Source: Salpingoeca rosetta
Lineage: Eukaryota > Protista > Choanoflagellata
DNA length: 64,000 bases
Reading direction: 5' to 3'
Assembly (NCBI GenBank): GCA_033442325.1
Contig: JAWQFM010000018.1
Location: 760,617 to 824,616 of the forward strand
The notes under the pieces are model-generated. The model had not been told where the DNA came from. It saw nothing but the letters and a program-made list of their open reading frames with translations, and did no database searches. The translations under genes were made by a program, and so were the position numbers. Below, piece after piece: positions 1 to 13,893 of the stretch (the first letter of the stretch is position 1; every line of letters starts with the position of its first letter).

Positions 1-3000
1 CGTGCATACGGTCCATGTTCAAAGCACCTTCGCCACCGCCGAAGGCACAACAGGGTCGAATGCTTGCGTGTACGTCGGTGGTAATTTCTCATGCGATCAG
101 CCACCCCACAACTTCAAGCGTCAGTCACGCCGCAAGCAAGCAAGCAAGCAAAAGCAAGTTGTGTGATTTGAGAAAAGCAACACTTTGTTGTTGTGAGACC
201 CAACCTCATACACACACATGCATGTGAGCTTTCATTTTTCTTGCTGATGCATTTATCTCATCCACCCATCCACACCACACAGGTGGGTCAGGGTTTGGGT
301 GCTGTTTTGTTGCTCTCCTTTTCCTTTCCTTTCTGTTCTGCTCTTTCTTGCTTGCTTTCTTGCCGATGCTTGCTTGCTTGCTTGCTGATGGTGGGTTTTG
401 TTGTGTGCCTGTCCTTCAGGTTTGTGTGTCACACACATCATCGCATGTCACAACAAGCCAATACAATAGCCAAGCCATCGTTCCAGCGGTGCGTTTTGTC
501 GCACAAACACCTGCTCGCACCACTGCCCGCACCACTTGGTGAAAGCCAAACGAGTTCCATTTCACGCTTGCCAAGTCATGGTGCCGTTTTGTTTTCTGGT
601 TTCTTTTGCCTCTTGACCCAAGCTCCTCTTGCTCACATCACCCCCATCATCCATCCCAGCGTCCATCCTCACACCCGATCCATTTCGTTTTCTTGATCCA
701 GCCGATCCAGCTCCAAAACAGCAACCCAAGGACACCCGCCCATCCCCGACAGATCGCAGACACGCATACGTCGTTTCTTTCCCACCCACAACACGCAGGT
801 GAGCGAGCCTTTGTTGGCTGTTTTCGTTTGTTAACGTTCGCTGTTTGTTTGTTTACCCCCCTTGTTCCTTCCCCCGTGCGTGCGTGCGTGCGTGCGTGCG
901 TGTGCGTGCGTGCGTGCGTGTGTGCGTGTTTCGATACGTGGCGCGCATCGTGCATTGCTCCCGACCCAAGTGGCATCGGGGTCGCTCGCAATACCCTCCC
1001 CACTCTTCCTCTGTGTGTTTGTGTGCCTCCCCACCTTTCTCTCTCGCTCTCCCACACACACACACACAACCAAGACCACACCAGCACTTGCTTCTGCTGT
1101 TCTGTGCTTTTTCTGTGCTTCGGTACGTCCCTTGGTTGTGTGCTGTTGTGTGCTGTGGTGGGCATTGCTTCTGTCCACCTCTTCAGCACGATCCCTGCAC
1201 ACACACGTTCCTTTCTTGCTGTGACGCGGTTCCCACACGAGCACACCACAACCAACCGCCAGCCAGCATGTGTGTGTGTGTGTGTGCTTCACTTTCTGCG
1301 ACCCCTGATTCCAACCTCCCTTCCCAACCAGCCAACCAATCAACCCACTTCTGCTCTGCGCACTCCTTGCTGAGTTGCCGTGCAATCGGTTGTGCACTCC
1401 TCCTCCCATCCCAACCCACCCACCACCGCTTCCTTTCTTTGTCTTCTTCCTTCGCATGCACTTCTGTTTCGTGTGGTGAGAGTTTGCTTGGTGTGTGGCC
1501 TGTCCTGGCCTTGTGACTTGCGTTGGTCGCGCGCATTGGTTGCGGCCGCCCCTGTGCATGGCCTGCATGGCACACGCGCTTTTCATGTGACACACGCGCT
1601 TTTCATGTGACACACGCGCACGCACACACGCACAACTAGTTGTTGTTGTTGCACGCCACGCTTCTTGCCGCCACACACCACTTGTTTGTGTTGCTCGTGC
1701 CACACGTATCATCGGGCTGCATTCTGTTTTGTTCCCTTGTTTTCAAAACCATCGCATCCACGACGCAATTCGCTCTCACCACACCCATCCCGAGCAATCA
1801 TCTGCGCACCAACTCACCGACCCCCCCCCCTCCTCTCTCTCTCAAATACTCCTTTCCTCTCTCTCCTTTTCTCCCCGTGTCATCTTGGCTCATGCATGCA
1901 TGACGTTCGGCCGTCGTGTGTCACCGTTGCATTTTTTTCCCTTTTCGCCCTCCATCCAACCCCTCATCTGCAAGATAACTTGGCAGGCATCTGGCGACCC
2001 CCGGTACACTCCCCGTTTGTGAACTGCCAACCAACTGCAAGCAAGTGCAAGAACATTGGCCCCTCTGCAGTTGAAGCACCAACCTGCAGGAAGCAAGGAA
2101 GCAAGGTCGACAAGAAGCGCAGGGTTCGATCGGCAGAGCACACGCGCCGCCACGGCCCACCATTGATTGCTGCATCGTTCTCTCACACACACGACATACA
2201 ACGGCACCACCACCCCTCAATCTCCCACATCCTCCCCCGATCCCTCTCTGCCAACAACACCAGCACGCAGCTGCAACAACGGAATCGTCACTTCGGAGAG
2301 ACAGCTCGTCTTCTTGTTCTTCTCCCACGACCACAGCGGTCGCCGCCGCGCCGCGCTCACAACACCCCAACAGGTGTGTGTGTGTGCGTGTGTGTGTGCG
2401 TGCGTGTGTGTGTGTGTGTGTCCTTGTCCTTGCCCTTGCCCTTGCCCTTGTCCTTGTCCTTGTCCTTGTCCTTGTCTTTGGTGTTGCCCGTGCGTTTTGT
2501 CCAATGTGCTGGACTTGTTGCGTGTGTGCACACTTGCTGCCAACAGGCAGCTTCGCTCTCTGAAGTTTTGCGGCTTTGTGTCCGTTGGATTGCGCTGTGT
2601 GGGCGTGGATGCTGTGGGCGCTGTCTGTCGCTTCCCCCCCCAATCGCCATCCGATGTGTTGTTTGCCTTTAGTTTGTTGTCCTTGTCATCGTTTCTTGTG
2701 TGTCGTCCTCTCTCCTCTTCACGGAGCATTCTCCGGCTTTGGTGCATCCATGCATCCATGCATCCGTGCATCCATGCATCCATGCATCCTCAAATCTACT
2801 TGCCTGCTTGCGATTGTGCAAGATCATCAGTCGTTCATTTTCCCTCACCCTTTCCACACATCCACACGCCCCTACACACACCCCTACACACGCCTACACA
2901 CCCCTACACACACCCCTACACGCATGCTTCGACACATGCCTTAAAACAGAGTTGGACCCCCACCCCTTCTCTCAAGTCGTAGCCAGCCGGAGCACGCCGC

Positions 3001-3039
3001 TTCGTCAGCACGGCCGACAGCAGCAGCGACCTTCCCCAG

Positions 3040-3812
3040 ATGTTCAATCACTCCGGTGATTTGCCGCCAATGTTTGGGGAGCCGTCCGCCCACCACCAGC
3101 ACAAACCACACCAGCACCAGCACCAGGAGCACCAGCACGAGACACATTCCGAGCTGCACACCCAGCCGTTTGTGTCCACGCTGAACCCCTCGTCCATTGC
3201 TGCTGCCATCACCACCAACAACAACAACACCACCACCAACCTCAGCACCATCACCAGCAACGGTAACAGCGCAGGGACGCCCGCGGCCACGTCTGCACCG
3301 GCCATGGCGTCCAACTTCCTCTTCGCTGCGTCCATCGCCTCCACCGACCCTGACTCCAACCTGGCACGCGCTGGCCGCGACCACCCGTCCATCACCACCA
3401 CCACCACCACCACCACCACCACCACCAACCCCACCAGCGCCAGCGCTGCCAGCAACATCACCTCCTCCTCCTCGTCTGCGTCTTTTATCCAACGCATGAT
3501 AACCCAGCACGGCTTCAACCCCGTGCGTTTCAGCCCGACTTCAAGCGCAACCACCACACAACAGGGGGCCCTCTCCTCAGCCGCCGGCAATCTTGTGCAG
3601 CACCAACAGCAAGACCAACAACAACAACAGCAGCAGCAGCAACAACAACAACAACAACAACAATTGCAGAGCAGCCCTGCATTTCGTCTGCCGCAGCTGG
3701 TTGGCGCGTCGCCAGCGATGCTGTCGGGGGTTTCGACGCCCTGGCCCACCAACACAGCCGACACCAGAGCCACGCTCACGGACCTGGCCAAGTTGCTGGG
3801 GCCCCTGACTCA

Positions 3813-3856
<44 letters not shown>

Positions 3857-5396
3857 GTGGTAACGGGACCAGCATGTCGTTTGCGTCGCAAGCGCCGTTT
3901 GCACCTGCATCGAGTGCGGTCATGAGCACACCACCATCAACGACAGCGCCAGCGCCGACGCTGCCCAACGTGGGCGTTGCAGCATCGTCAGCCGTCGCCC
4001 CCACCACCACCTCCTCCTCGTCGTCTTCCGCCTGGCAACGCCGCCTGCACCCCGAGCAGCAACAGCACGCCATGGCAGCGAGCGCAAGCGTGACCACCAC
4101 GGCGCGGCCGCTGCCGTCGTTTTCGACGTCGGACCCAGACCCAGATCCGGCCTCAAACCTGGGCCAACCCCATCAACAGCAACAGCCACAACAGCAGCCA
4201 CAACAGCAGCCACAACAGCAGCCACAACAGCAGCAACGGGAGGAGGATAACACTCGTGCGGTGCTTGCTCAACTGCAAGAGACGCTGTACCGGCACCAGG
4301 AAGCATACACGAGCCAACAGCAGCGACAACAGCAACAACCAGCGGGCGGCGCCGTGTCATCGTCGTCATCAATGCTCCACCCAGCAGCACCCACAGCCAC
4401 GACGCCGATGGCGTCTGCGGGTGTGAACGAGTCAAACGACTTCCTGGTTCGGCAGCTCTTGGACCTGCTTGCTGCAGACCAGCAACGGCAGCATGGGCAG
4501 GCAGCCCAGCCAACACCGCAGGTCACCGGGACCACCTTCCAGCCGCAGCAAATGGCACCCCACCCCATGTCCGGCACTACCACTGGCACTGGCGTTGTAC
4601 AGGCAGTCCCTCCTGGTCCGGCCAGTCCAAGTTCGTTGGCAGACATGCTTAAAACCGCGCGTGAGCTCATGCAGTACTTTGAGGGCGGCGCGACCACGCC
4701 TGTGGGCACCACGAATGGCTCCGGTTTGCCGCCTTCCCAGGGGATGCCGCCGCAGTCGTCGCACACGGCGCCACAGCAGCGCATTCGTGGCGGTGCTCTC
4801 ATGACGCCAGAGGCGTATGCTTTGCAGGGCCCGCGCGCCGGCATGAGCGGTGCGGGCACGGCAATGGGTCATGGTGGTAACCGCGTCCAGCACGCCAACA
4901 GCGGCGCCGGCGCACCCGGCTGGAACACCATATACCCCATGCAACCCCGCCACCACCACCAACAACAGCAGCGACCGCACCTCTCGTCCACACTGCAGCC
5001 GCTGCAGCTGCTGCCCGACGGCTTCAGCCCATCCCTGCACGGCCCGCTGCCGGTGCCAATGCCACCGCTTGACAACACGCCGTCCCGCCACACCAAGAAC
5101 GGCCGGCGTGGTGGCCGTGGTGGCCGTGGTCGCGGCAACGGCGGCCGCACGCGGCGTCGACCGGCAGCGAAGAAGAGGCGGAACAGCGGCGGCAGCGATG
5201 GCAGCGATGGCACGGCGAGCAGCAGCATCAGCAGCAGCGACAACAGCGGCGCGCGCACGGGCCGCCCCCGTCCCCGCCGTCCACGCGTTCGCGACCTGCC
5301 AGCGGAGAAGCGCGCGCATGTGCGCAAGGTGGCGCGCGAAGCGGCACGCAGGCGCAAGTGAGTATTTTTGTGCGTGTCTATGCGCACGTGGATGCA

Positions 5397-5457
<61 letters not shown>

Positions 5458-5897
5458 CTTTTGTTGCGCGTGTGTGTTGTATTGTTTGTGCGTGTGAGTG
5501 TGGGTATATGTTGTTTGAGTTTGCGCACACGCTCTTGTCGCTTGTACCTTTTCCTCACCACGGCTTTATCCCTTTTACGCACACGCACCAACTGGCCAGG
5601 CTGAAGCAAGTGGAGCGGATGGACACACTTGGCATGCTCATCTCGCGGCTTGAGCAGAAGCACCACTGGCTGCGCATGGAGAAGGCGTCCCTGGCTGCCG
5701 ACCGCCAATGCCTCATCAACCGGATTCGTGAGAAGCTGCGCAGTAACCAGCTCAACCTCCCCACCTTCAACACCCAGCAGCAGCAACAGCAACAACAGCA
5801 ACAACAGCAACAACAGCCGCTTCGTGCGGCTCCCCACATGCCCACCTCATCATCATCAACAACGGGCCAAAGTGTGTTTGAGCACAAGCGCCAGTGA
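3040..5897 (+). CDS. bZIP transcription factor with long Q/T/S-rich N-terminus (2 exons: 3040-5357, 5600-5897)
   Basis: Donor aa|GTGAGT at 5358 and acceptor CCAG| at 5599 join KRAHVRKVAREAARRRK to LKQVERMDTLGMLISRLEQKHHWLRMEKASLAADRQCL. This gives a basic region followed by five heptad leucines (K-x9-L-x6-L-x6-L-x6-L-x6-L). Confidence 0.85.
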
Positions 5898-7153
5898 CGG
5901 GCGACCCGCAGTGGTGCTGGTGCTGCTGGTTGTGCGTGGGTGTGCATGTGGGTGTGTGTTGTTATTTGGTGAGCGTGGCTGCGCAGTGGCTGGGATGGGC
6001 CCGCGTCACTGTCCTGTTGCCGCCATCAACGACGACGACGACGACGATGACAACAACAACCATGTGGGCGATGGGGAAAAGCAATTGGCTGCCACCGAAT
6101 TTTGGCCTGTGTGCGCTTGCGTGTATCCTTTACTAACTTAACATCACGGTGTGCACGCTTCTCTTTTATCGCTTGGATTCCCCCTCCCTCTTGAATATGA
6201 CCCGATCTCGACTGTGCTTTGTTGCCCTTTGGCTTATTTCGCCTCTCCCCCTTCCCTCCTAAGCCCGCTTCTCCCTTCCTTCTCGTCACTTTCCCCTTAC
6301 CTTCCGTTTGTCTCCAAAGCACTAGGGTCGGTGTTGAAGATGCGTTTTGTGACTTCAAGTTATCTGTTGGTTGGTTGGTTGGTTGGTTGGTTGGTTGTTC
6401 TCCCGTCGAGTCGTTGTTGGGCGCCTTGTTGCTGAATCCGTTTCTGATTGCTGTGGCTTTGTTTTTCTCCTTGTATTGCTTGTGATCACGCTGTTATCTC
6501 CCGTGATCAGTGGTTGCTGCTGATTGGATGCCATGCACCTTCCTCCTCTGTTGGTTGTTGCGCACCTGTTGGCTTGTGCTGATGGGCATGCAGTTGTTGT
6601 TATGAATGTGGTTGTGTCCCTTCCACTCAGGTGTGTGCCACCACCCCAAGCTCTGTTCTGTTCTTGATGGCGGCGGCGGTGGTGGTGGCAGTGGTTTTGT
6701 TCAAGTCGAAGAGAGCACGCATGCGCGCGTGTATGTGGGCCTGTGTGCGTTTGTTGTGTGTGCGTGCGTTTCTGTTGCTTGCTGATCTTACTTAATTGGT
6801 GCTTTCCTTACCGCAAGGCTGTGGGTTTCTTATTTTCTATACGTCTTTTGATGACTGACGCACGCACGCGCGCACGCACGCACGCATTTTGCATGCACCC
6901 CCATGCCGCGCCATCGTTGCTTGAGACGTCTGCGTATCTTTGTGGTTTGTGGGTTTTGTTGCACGCCTGTTCTCTCTCCTAGCTCCCTGTCAACAATGGC
7001 TGTCTTCTTAAGCTGCCTGCGGTTGTTGTGGGATCGGCTGGCCGAGAACACCTCCTCCAACCTGTCGGTGTGTCGTTCGTTCTCTGCTGTTGTTTGTTCG
7101 GTGTTTCGTTATTCTGGTTGCTGCTGACCTAGTTTGTCGGGCTGTTCTTTTTG

Positions 7154-7210
<57 letters not shown>

Positions 7211-7552
7211 CTTGGCTCTCGGCTTTGGCCGCCACGCTTCAGCCCACGCCCGCCCGCCCGCTGTTTATCTGCCTCCGCTGTTACGTGACACGCGCTTGCG
7301 TGCTATTTCTTTTTGTTTTGCCTTCTCCTTATTCCCCGCGTTACACTTTGGCCACTTTGGCCCCCTTTGACTTTTGCGCGTTTTCTTATTGATTGATTGT
7401 CCCACGTGATGTCAACGCTTAGTACACGAACCCCAACATAACCGCACGCAGATGAGTGCATGGTGCGAGGTGAGGTGTGAGGTGGGTGGTGCGAGTGGGT
7501 GGGGAGAGTGGGTGGGGAGAGTGAGGGGAGCAAGCACACACACACACACACA

Positions 7553-7605
<53 letters not shown>

Positions 7606-7608
7606 ACA

Positions 7609-7645
<37 letters not shown>

Positions 7646-7740
7646 ACAGACACACACACACACACACTCGCAGTGTTGATATGTCTTGGATGATGTGGCG
7701 AATTTTCTCGGTAACGGTCCAGTGCCAAACCACAACAACC

Positions 7741-9602
7741 ATGCGAAGTTTTGAACACCACCACCAGCATGCTGCTCATGGCAGCACTGACAGCAATGGC
7801 AGCAATGGCAGCGGCGGCGCACGCGGCGAGGAAGCAGCAGCGTACCTGCAGCAGTTGGAGGCCCTGCGGAAGAGCAGGGCAGCCACGCTGGAGTTGATGG
7901 GTAGCTTGTACGATCGGCAGGAGCAACGGCTCGGCCGCGGCCCGTTGCGCGTGGAAGACTTGCAGCCCGCAGTGAACATGTATGCTGCTGCTGCACAGCT
8001 GCCGGCCACACGCGGGCCAACGCTGCAGATCGTTCCTGAAGCCCATCAAAGCAGGCCTGCCACCACATACGCGATGCAGCAACCACCGAGGCAACCCCAG
8101 CCTGTCACAGACGAGGAGGTGCTCAGGGCCCGAGCGCAGCACCGCATCTCCACAATGTGGCATGGTCAGTGCGCTGTGTGTGTACGTGTGTGTGTGTGTG
8201 TGTGTGTGGTTACACGGCAACTGCCAACCCACTTGCTGCTGTACTTTCAACGGTTGTCTTATGATTCACTCTGCACATGTCTTGTGTGCCTTGTGTCACG
8301 TATGCTCGCATTGGCTCAGGATTCTCAGCAAGCAGTTCTTCGGACGAGCATGATGAATGTGCAACGGATGATGATGATGCGTACGGGGACAGTGAGGATG
8401 CGGCCAGCCTCACCGACACCAACGAGGAAGAGCGAACCCCACCTGGACCTCCCAGGGTGAGCGTGCGCTGCTTATGAACGTGACCAGTCATGCGTTTGAA
8501 AAGAGTGGTGTGTGTGCGTGTGTGTGTGCGTGTGTGTGTGGGGGGATAGCTGCGGTCGTCTCGTGCACACGTGTTTGCACTCACATGCACGTGCGTACAC
8601 GCGGTCTCTGTGGGCATGGCGCAGGTTGCCTTTGTGCAAGTCAACAGGAGAACACGTGGTGCGGTGGAGTATGAACAGGAGAAGAAGAAACAAGAGGAAG
8701 CAACGCAAGCGGAGCTGCGCAAAGTTCCAAGAGCGCGCGATCCACCAGGTGTGTGTGTGTGTGTGATGTGTATGTGTGTGTGATGTGTGATATGTGATGT
8801 GTGTGCACTGCATGTGTGTGTGTGATGTGTGTGTATGTATGTGATGTGTGTGCAGCACGTGCGCGCGCAATGTGTGGCTGTTTTCTTGCATTGCTCAGCG
8901 TCAATCCCCCCCCCCCTCCGTCAGAGCAACTGCCACTTCTCATCCACAACAACAACGCCTGCCACAATCTGCCTTTCAACTCAGGCACAATACACCAGCC
9001 ACTGTACCAGCACATGCAACAAGAGTGGATGGCGAAGAAGCAGCAGGTGGGATTGCGCTGTTTGCATGTCCAGTCATAAGACACACAAGAGGCACTCATT
9101 GATGTACACTTGGCTCACGTGCAAGCAACACGTCAAGCAAGCGTGTTCAAATGGATGACACGTGCCACTGCACCTCACTCCCTCACACACCCGCTCATTT
9201 GCTCGTCACATACACACACACACACATACATGCACATATGTCACATGCGCGCGCGTGTTCAGTTTATGCAGAGTCGAGATGCGCTGCGCCGCGAACAGGA
9301 ACAGCGACGCCAACAGCAGGAGCGATGCGGAGACGCCGTTGGTGTCAATGATGATGGCGACAGTGGAGACAGTTCAGCAACACAGCGCCAGGGAGGCGGC
9401 AGATCAGCGTCCCGCCTTCGCCATAAGCGCTGCATGGGCGATGGAGACAATGATGGTGATGGTGGACGAGTGCGACGGCAGTTCAAAGCCCGGCCGGTGC
9501 CCCTACATGTGCTCGATCCGGATCGCACGCAGCAGCTCGAGGAGCGCCACCTCTACCGCAAACTCAGGTGCGCTCGGCGATGTGTGGGGGGAGGGTGTGT
9601 AG

Positions 9603-9670
<68 letters not shown>

Positions 9671-9881
9671 CTGTGTGTGTGGCTGTGTGTACATATGTGT
9701 GTGTGCGTTCCATTGCAGCAGCTCACTGCTGCCGTTTGCTGCTGCTCAGAATGCGGATTTTGGCCGAGGAGAAGCTGGCGACTGTGGCGGCGCCGGGAGC
9801 AATGGAGTGTAAGTGAAGATGCAATGCAATGTGGTGCTGGTGCTGCTGCTCTTGTTGTTGTTGTTGTGTTGCTGCTGCTGC

Positions 9882-9917
<36 letters not shown>

Positions 9918-12527
9918 GTTGCTGCCGCTCACCGTCTTTGCTGCGCATTCAGCACTGATGCGAGCACTCGTCTCATGTTCTCTCTCCAATTGCCACCATC
10001 ATTACTTCTAACTGCCATCGCAGATCGCATCTTGGAGTTTACGGAGAAGAAGAAGGCGGAGCGACATGCTGACGAGAAGAAGAAGAAGCAAAATGCACAG
10101 CGCAAGGTCCAACCCACGCCATTCGTGCTTCTGTGGTTTACGTGTGTGTGTTGTGTTGTGTTGTGTTGTGTTGTGGTTTGTGTGTGCTTGTTGTGATATG
10201 TACTATTGTGTTGGTGCGCTCTGTTGTGCGTTCGTGTTGCGTGTTGTGCGTGAATTCCCAACCTCTGTTCTCGATCTCTAGTCACCGACATCGTGAGACG
10301 CTCACATCACCACCGCTGCGTATCAGGCGCGCCAGGGCGACGGTGGCATTACGAGACCAAGGCCATTCAACCTCTCGGCACCAAAGGACAAAACGGAAGA
10401 AATCAACCGCATCAAGCAGGTGTGTGTGTGCGCGCGCGTATGTGTGTGTGTGTTGCGCAGACGTACTGCACTCTTGTTCCTTTACCGCCCAAGCTTCCCG
10501 CTCACTTGCCTCACCATTGCTCCTTCGCATGCACTTTTCGTGTGAATGTGTGTGTGTGTGTGTGTGTGTTAGGAGATGGAGGAGGACAAGGAGCGGAAAC
10601 GCGAGCAGCGATGGCCTTTCGCCCACTCAACGCCAAAGAAGCAGCTCCCATACGGTAATACACGGTGGTGGCATGTGTACACGAGAGAGACAGGGAGAGA
10701 CAGAGAGACAGAGATGCGGAATGTTCGTGTGCGTATGTGCTGTCATGTATTCCACCGTGGCTTTGCCACTATTTCGCCCCTAACGGCTGGATGCTTGCAT
10801 GCACACACACACACACACACTGCACACTGCACACACATCACCACATCCCCTCCCCATGGTTGTGCAGATGTTGACCGCAAGGCATATCTTGCCGTTGGGC
10901 GTGGTCTTCGCACACCGGCCGTTCGCCAGACGCGCGCAGCCAAACTCAGGACAGAACACGTGGGTGGTCACACATACACACACACACACACACACATGCA
11001 CTCAATTGCATCAGGGATTCATGGCATCTGATGCACGCGCGTATACACACATACACGCGCGCGCACATACACACACACACACACTGTCTCTCTCTCGCTT
11101 CACTCCTTCACATCCACTCACAACACACTCCCACACTGACACATCTCTCACTCTTCAAACACCGTCCCCCACCCCACGTCGATGGACAGACTGCACGGCA
11201 GCTTGAGGAGCGGGAGCACGCTGCGCTGGTGGCGGAGGAGACGGCATTGACGCGTCAACACGGCGCCTCCCCGCGTGTGCGCGAACAGGTGCGCACGCAG
11301 GTGCAACGCAACGACCGTGGCCCCATCATCCACGCCCGCCGCCGCATGAACACGCTCGTGTTCCGCAAGACACAGGACGTGCTGGCAGATGCGTACAGGG
11401 AGCATATTGACTCGATTGATCGACGCGTGGCGCAGCAGCCCACCCTGATGGAACGTGTCGCCTCCACCGCCACCGCCAATACCAACACCACGACGCGGGG
11501 GAACCGTGGCCATCGTCACCGCTATCCTCGCGATGGTGGTTGTGGTGACGACGATGCACTGCCGCCGCGTGTGCCGTTTGCACCGTCAGAGAAGCGCGCG
11601 TTCCCCGGCGTGCGCGTGCGCGAGGACCACTTTGCTGCTGCACTCGAGTCATCTGCATCATCGTTTTCGTCGTTCTCCTCCTCTGAATCGTCGTGGCGTT
11701 CGCCCGCCCCATCTGTATCGTCAGCGTCATCGACATCGATGCTGTCGGCAACCGGAACAACAGCAGCAGCAACACACGCACGCACACGCACACATGCACG
11801 TGGGGAGTCCCTCTCCACGACTTCATCGTCGTCATCGTCGTCTGTGTCGACGCTGGCGCGGCCGCTGTCTGCTCTCCGTTTGGCAGCCGGCGGTAACGGC
11901 GGTTATGGTTATGACGATGAATATGGTGACGATGACCGGAGCGTGGATGTGGAGGTGCAGGTCGAGCTGCCTTCGAGGAAGGAGAAGGAGGAGGAGAAAG
12001 CTGGAGAACCGCGTGTGCGGCCGCCGGTGTACACACGCCAGGTCGACGGGGAGACGCAACAACGGCAACAGCGGACGCAGCAGCGGCAGCAGCAGCCGCG
12101 ACCCACACGGCGCGCACTTGAATTTGGGCCTGGGGATGATGGCGTGGTGGTGACTGCCGATGTCGATGGTGGCAAGCAGAAGAAGCAGCAGCAGCAGCAG
12201 GCGCACGCATATTCGCGCCCGCGTGCCCGTATTGGTCGTGGCTATTCGGACCGTTCGTCCATTCTGACCGACCGCGAATTTGTCGTTGAGGGGCAGGGGC
12301 CACCATGCGATGAGGGTGATTGTGGCGGTGATCGTGATGGCAGCGGAAGGTGGATGATGGATGCGCACACGCAGCACCAGCACGAAGATGAGAGGGTTGG
12401 TGCCTCAAGTCACGCGCATGGCGCTGCGGTGGTGTCGGCAGCGATTGGTGGCGATGGTGTTGGGTGGGCACCGTCACGCCAGCGCACAGGAAGACAGCTG
12501 CTCGTGCAGGCTGCACGCGAGCCATGA
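7741..12527 (+). CDS. FAM161/UPF0564-family centriolar/ciliary protein, multi-exon
   Basis: Spliced exons give QPLYQHMQQE, RQFKARPVPLHV...LEERHLYRKLR, TRPRPFNL, RWPF and YREHIDSIDRRVAQQPTLMERV, which resemble FAM161A/B blocks. The low-complexity last exon ends at TGA 12527. Some internal exon boundaries are approximate. Confidence 0.7.
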
Positions 12528-12543
12528 GATGATGCCCTCTGTG

Positions 12544-12614
<71 letters not shown>

Positions 12615-13052
12615 AAAATTGCGCTGTGTCCTGCATTGCATTATTGTGTCCTGCATTGCACTGTGTGCTCTCCGCTGTTCGATGGTGCCCACTCAACAGT
12701 ATTGGTGTCTCAATACGGGGTAGTTCAACGGTCATGACTGTTTTGGTTCAATATCCAACCCAAGCTTGTTTGCAACGCGTAGCGGAGCATGTGATGTGAT
12801 TCACACACACACACATACACAACAGGTGAATAAACGTCAACAAAACACAAAAGTCCATTACACATCACGTTACGTCGCGCATGTATTCATCACACATCCA
12901 TACACATACACAGCCATACATGCGTGCACACGAACAAACATATTCACATCATACGAACATGCATTCAATCACATCATACAATCACAGCCATGCACATTCA
13001 CCACACACCACACAAACAAGTACACCAGCTGGTGGCACGGGTGCACGTGCTC

Positions 13053-13853
13053 TCAAGTGACGAGGGCAATCTCCTCCTCCGTCAGGGGGTACGACATGTG
13101 CTTGTACCAGGGCGGCAGGCCCTGCATGGACGCAAGCACGTTCGCGGTCTCTGCGCGCTCGACCAAGTTGTCAAAGGGGAACTCGGTGGTGAAGCCCTCA
13201 CCAAAGTACTTCTGGCTCAGCGCCAGCACACCGCCCGTGCACGCCATCTCCAGTTCGTCTGCATCAAGCGTCATCGTGCCTGAAGGAAGGCCACAGGACG
13301 CGGCAGGGGGTGAGTGAGTGAGTGGGTGTATGTGAGTGAGTGGGTGTATGTAAGATGAGCATGGAACAACGACACAACACATGCGCGACACAACGTCTTC
13401 CCGATTCCATCCATTCATTCATCGAAGCTTACCTTCGTCTAGGTCGTACTCATCAAGATACGCCTCGTTCTCCCGCAGCCACTTGGGCAGCTGTCAGTTG
13501 ACGCAAGGTTGGGGTGGGGTGGGGGTTCATGAGCGATGAAGGGACCAGGCGCAGTGAGCCAATACCACAGCGAGATGATGCGACAAATGTAAGTGCTGAT
13601 CGCAAATGTAAGTGCTGATCGCAAATGTAAGTGCTGATCGCAAATGTAAGTGCTGATCGCAAATGTAAGTGCTGATCGCGCGAACCCCACGCACCAGGAC
13701 GTCGAAGCACGTCTCGTCGTCGATTGTGACGACCTTGCACTTGATACCGAGCCATTGGCAGAGCTTCTGCAGCGGTTTCTCCATCGTCTGCGCCCTGGCC
13801 GTCGCTCTACACCAAGAGGAGGTTATGACGGTAGTGAGGAGGGAGAGAGAGAG

Positions 13854-13893
<40 letters not shown>

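Noticed and set aside
13584-13678. 19-bp array as a CRISPR array or a frameshifting contingency repeat
   Set aside because: There are no spacers and no cas genes. A GT-AG intron (13491-13694) removes it in phase, so it does not shift the frame.
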